55,534 bases of DNA, taken from Verrucomicrobiota bacterium (lineage in GTDB: Bacteria > Verrucomicrobiota > Verrucomicrobiia > Limisphaerales > UBA9464). This document shows, in pieces, positions 54,428 through 55,534 of the stretch. The stretch is taken from the NCBI GenBank assembly GCA_046090125.1, contig JBJSZF010000296.1, positions 1-55,534 on the forward strand, read 5' to 3'. Both the position numbers and the translations under genes were made by a program. Position 1 is the stretch's first letter; every line of letters begins with the position of its first letter. The notes below the pieces were generated by a model. That model searched no databases and was not told where the DNA came from. It was given only the letters and a program-made list of their open reading frames with translations.

Positions 54428-55366
54428 ATGAAGCTTCGTTTCCTCCTCGCCGCCGCCGTTGGGCTGGCGGGCTCCCTCATCCTCCAGGCCGCCAAGCTCG
54501 GTGACCCCGCCCAGCCGCTCGCCCTCTTGAAGACCGTCAAGGGCGACCCCGTGAACCTCGCGGCCGGCAAGGGCAAGCAGGTCTATGTCGTCGAGTTCTG
54601 GGCCACGTGGTGCCCGCCCTGCCGCGAGTCCATTCCGCACCTCACCGACCTCCAGAAGCGCTTCAAGGACAAGGGTGTTGTCTTCGTGGGGATCTCCGAC
54701 GAGACGGAGGCCAAGGTGAAGCCCTTCGTGGAGAAGATGGGCGACAAGATGAACTACGTGGTCGCCTTGGACTCGGCCCGCAAGACGTCGGAGGCCTACA
54801 TGGGTGCCTACGGGCAGAACGGCATCCCCACGGCATTCATCGTGGACAAGCAGGGCCGGGTCGCCTGGGTGGGCCATCCGATGGACGGGCTGGACGCGGC
54901 CATCGAGGGCATCGTGGCGGGCACGTATGACATGATGGCGGCCCAGAAGGAGTTCGATGGGCGCGCCGCACGCGCCGCCAAGATGCAGGAGCTGAACCAG
55001 TCCTTCATGAAGTACATGCAGTCTGCCGGCAAGCCGGACGCCAAGGACCTGCCCGGCTTGGGCAAGGCCCTCCTGGACCTCGCCGGCGAGGATCCCCAAA
55101 TCCTCAACGCCATCGCATGGAACGTCCTCACCGCCCCGAACATCAAGACGCGCGACACGGCCTTCGCTCTGGACGTCGCCAAGGCGGCCGTCAGCGCCTC
55201 GAAAGGGAAGAATCCCGCCATCCTCGACACCTATGCCCGCGCATTGTTTGACAACGGCAAGAAGGCCGAGGCCATCGCTCAGCAGAAGAAGGCCATTGAC
55301 CTCGCGCCGGAGGCCCAAAAGGCCGAGATGAAGGCAACGCTCGGCAAGTACGAGGCCAGCAAGTAG
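54428..55366 (+). CDS. TlpA-like thiol-disulfide oxidoreductase fused to a helical (TPR-like) C-terminal domain
   Basis: Signal MKLRFLLAAAVGLAGSLILQA. VVEFWATWCPPCRESIPHL (WCPPC). GIPTAFIVDKQGRV. A C-terminal region of about 140 aa is helical. Confidence 0.85.
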   Translation: MKLRFLLAAAVGLAGSLILQAAKLGDPAQPLALLKTVKGDPVNLAAGKGKQVYVVEFWATWCPPCRESIPHLTDLQKRFKDKGVVFVGISDETEAKVKPFVEKMGDKMNYVVALDSARKTSEAYMGAYGQNGIPTAFIVDKQGRVAWVGHPMDGLDAAIEGIVAGTYDMMAAQKEFDGRAARAAKMQELNQSFMKYMQSAGKPDAKDLPGLGKALLDLAGEDPQILNAIAWNVLTAPNIKTRDTAFALDVAKAAVSASKGKNPAILDTYARALFDNGKKAEAIAQQKKAIDLAPEAQKAEMKATLGKYEASK

Positions 55367-55419
55367 CGGCCGCGCCCCTTTTTGTACCTCCTCCGTTCAT
55401 CCCGAATCCCATTCCCGTC

Positions 55420-55534
55420 ATGAACAAGACATTCCTCGCCCTGGGTTCCGCCCTCGTGCTCGTCGCCCGCGTCCTCGCGGCCGAGGCCTGGGGCACGGAC
55501 ATCGCGGCCGCCAAGGCCCTCGCCAAGAAGCAGG
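55420..55534 (+). CDS. Secreted protein, 5' fragment (thioredoxin-like/DUF255-type N-terminus); continues beyond the window
   Basis: ATG 55420: MNKTFLALGSALVLVARVLAAEAWGTDIAAAKALAKKQ... is open to the window end. Only 38 codons are visible, so the family call is weak. Confidence 0.45.
   Translation, partial: MNKTFLALGSALVLVARVLAAEAWGTDIAAAKALAKKQ

Noticed and set aside
1-55534. CRISPR arrays, rRNA genes, reverse transcriptase/DGR or retron components
   Set aside because: The only recurrent short sequences are the REP-like palindromes. They are irregularly spaced and lie at gene ends, with no repeat-spacer periodicity. I saw no Cas, RT or rRNA-like sequence on either strand.

Overview
High-GC chromosomal segment (GC judged by eye). 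The gene content points to the PVC superphylum, Verrucomicrobiota or Planctomycetota-like: a DUF1549/DUF1553 + DUF1501 pair, PSCyt-type cytochrome c domains, two DUF1080 paralogues, an H-X9-DG prepilin-like protein, a PVC-type heme-binding dehydrogenase, and giant LTD/CotH and LamG surface proteins. I support about 45 CDS, one tRNA-Asp, three intrinsic terminators, one decayed IS4-family element and a family of REP/MITE-like palindromic repeats. I saw no rRNA and no CRISPR array. The core content is housekeeping or envelope related: kdsC-lptC-lptA-lptB-(small membrane protein)-hprK, a UbiA prenyltransferase, a Bcp peroxiredoxin, a MetE-like methyltransferase, MarC and TlpA-like thioredoxins. 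Accessory content comprises three toxin-antitoxin-like modules, two of them visibly degraded; an IS inserted into one of them; a catalytically degenerate RAYT-like gene next to the tRNA; and a patch of orphan genes at 42-45.6 kb. I did not recognise a complete known defence or mobile system, and I cannot point to one clearly novel system. The most unusual items are the nested-palindrome repeat family; a 759-aa EF-hand membrane protein of unknown family; a minimal 2-TM channel with a non-canonical filter; an uncharacterised ATP-grasp-like gene coupled to marC; and a 26-bp perfect palindrome covering the IS transposase start codon. Many very long ORFs in the supplied track are out-of-frame or antisense shadows typical of high-GC DNA and were rejected. 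One real CDS at the left edge is missing from the track because it has no stop codon inside the window.
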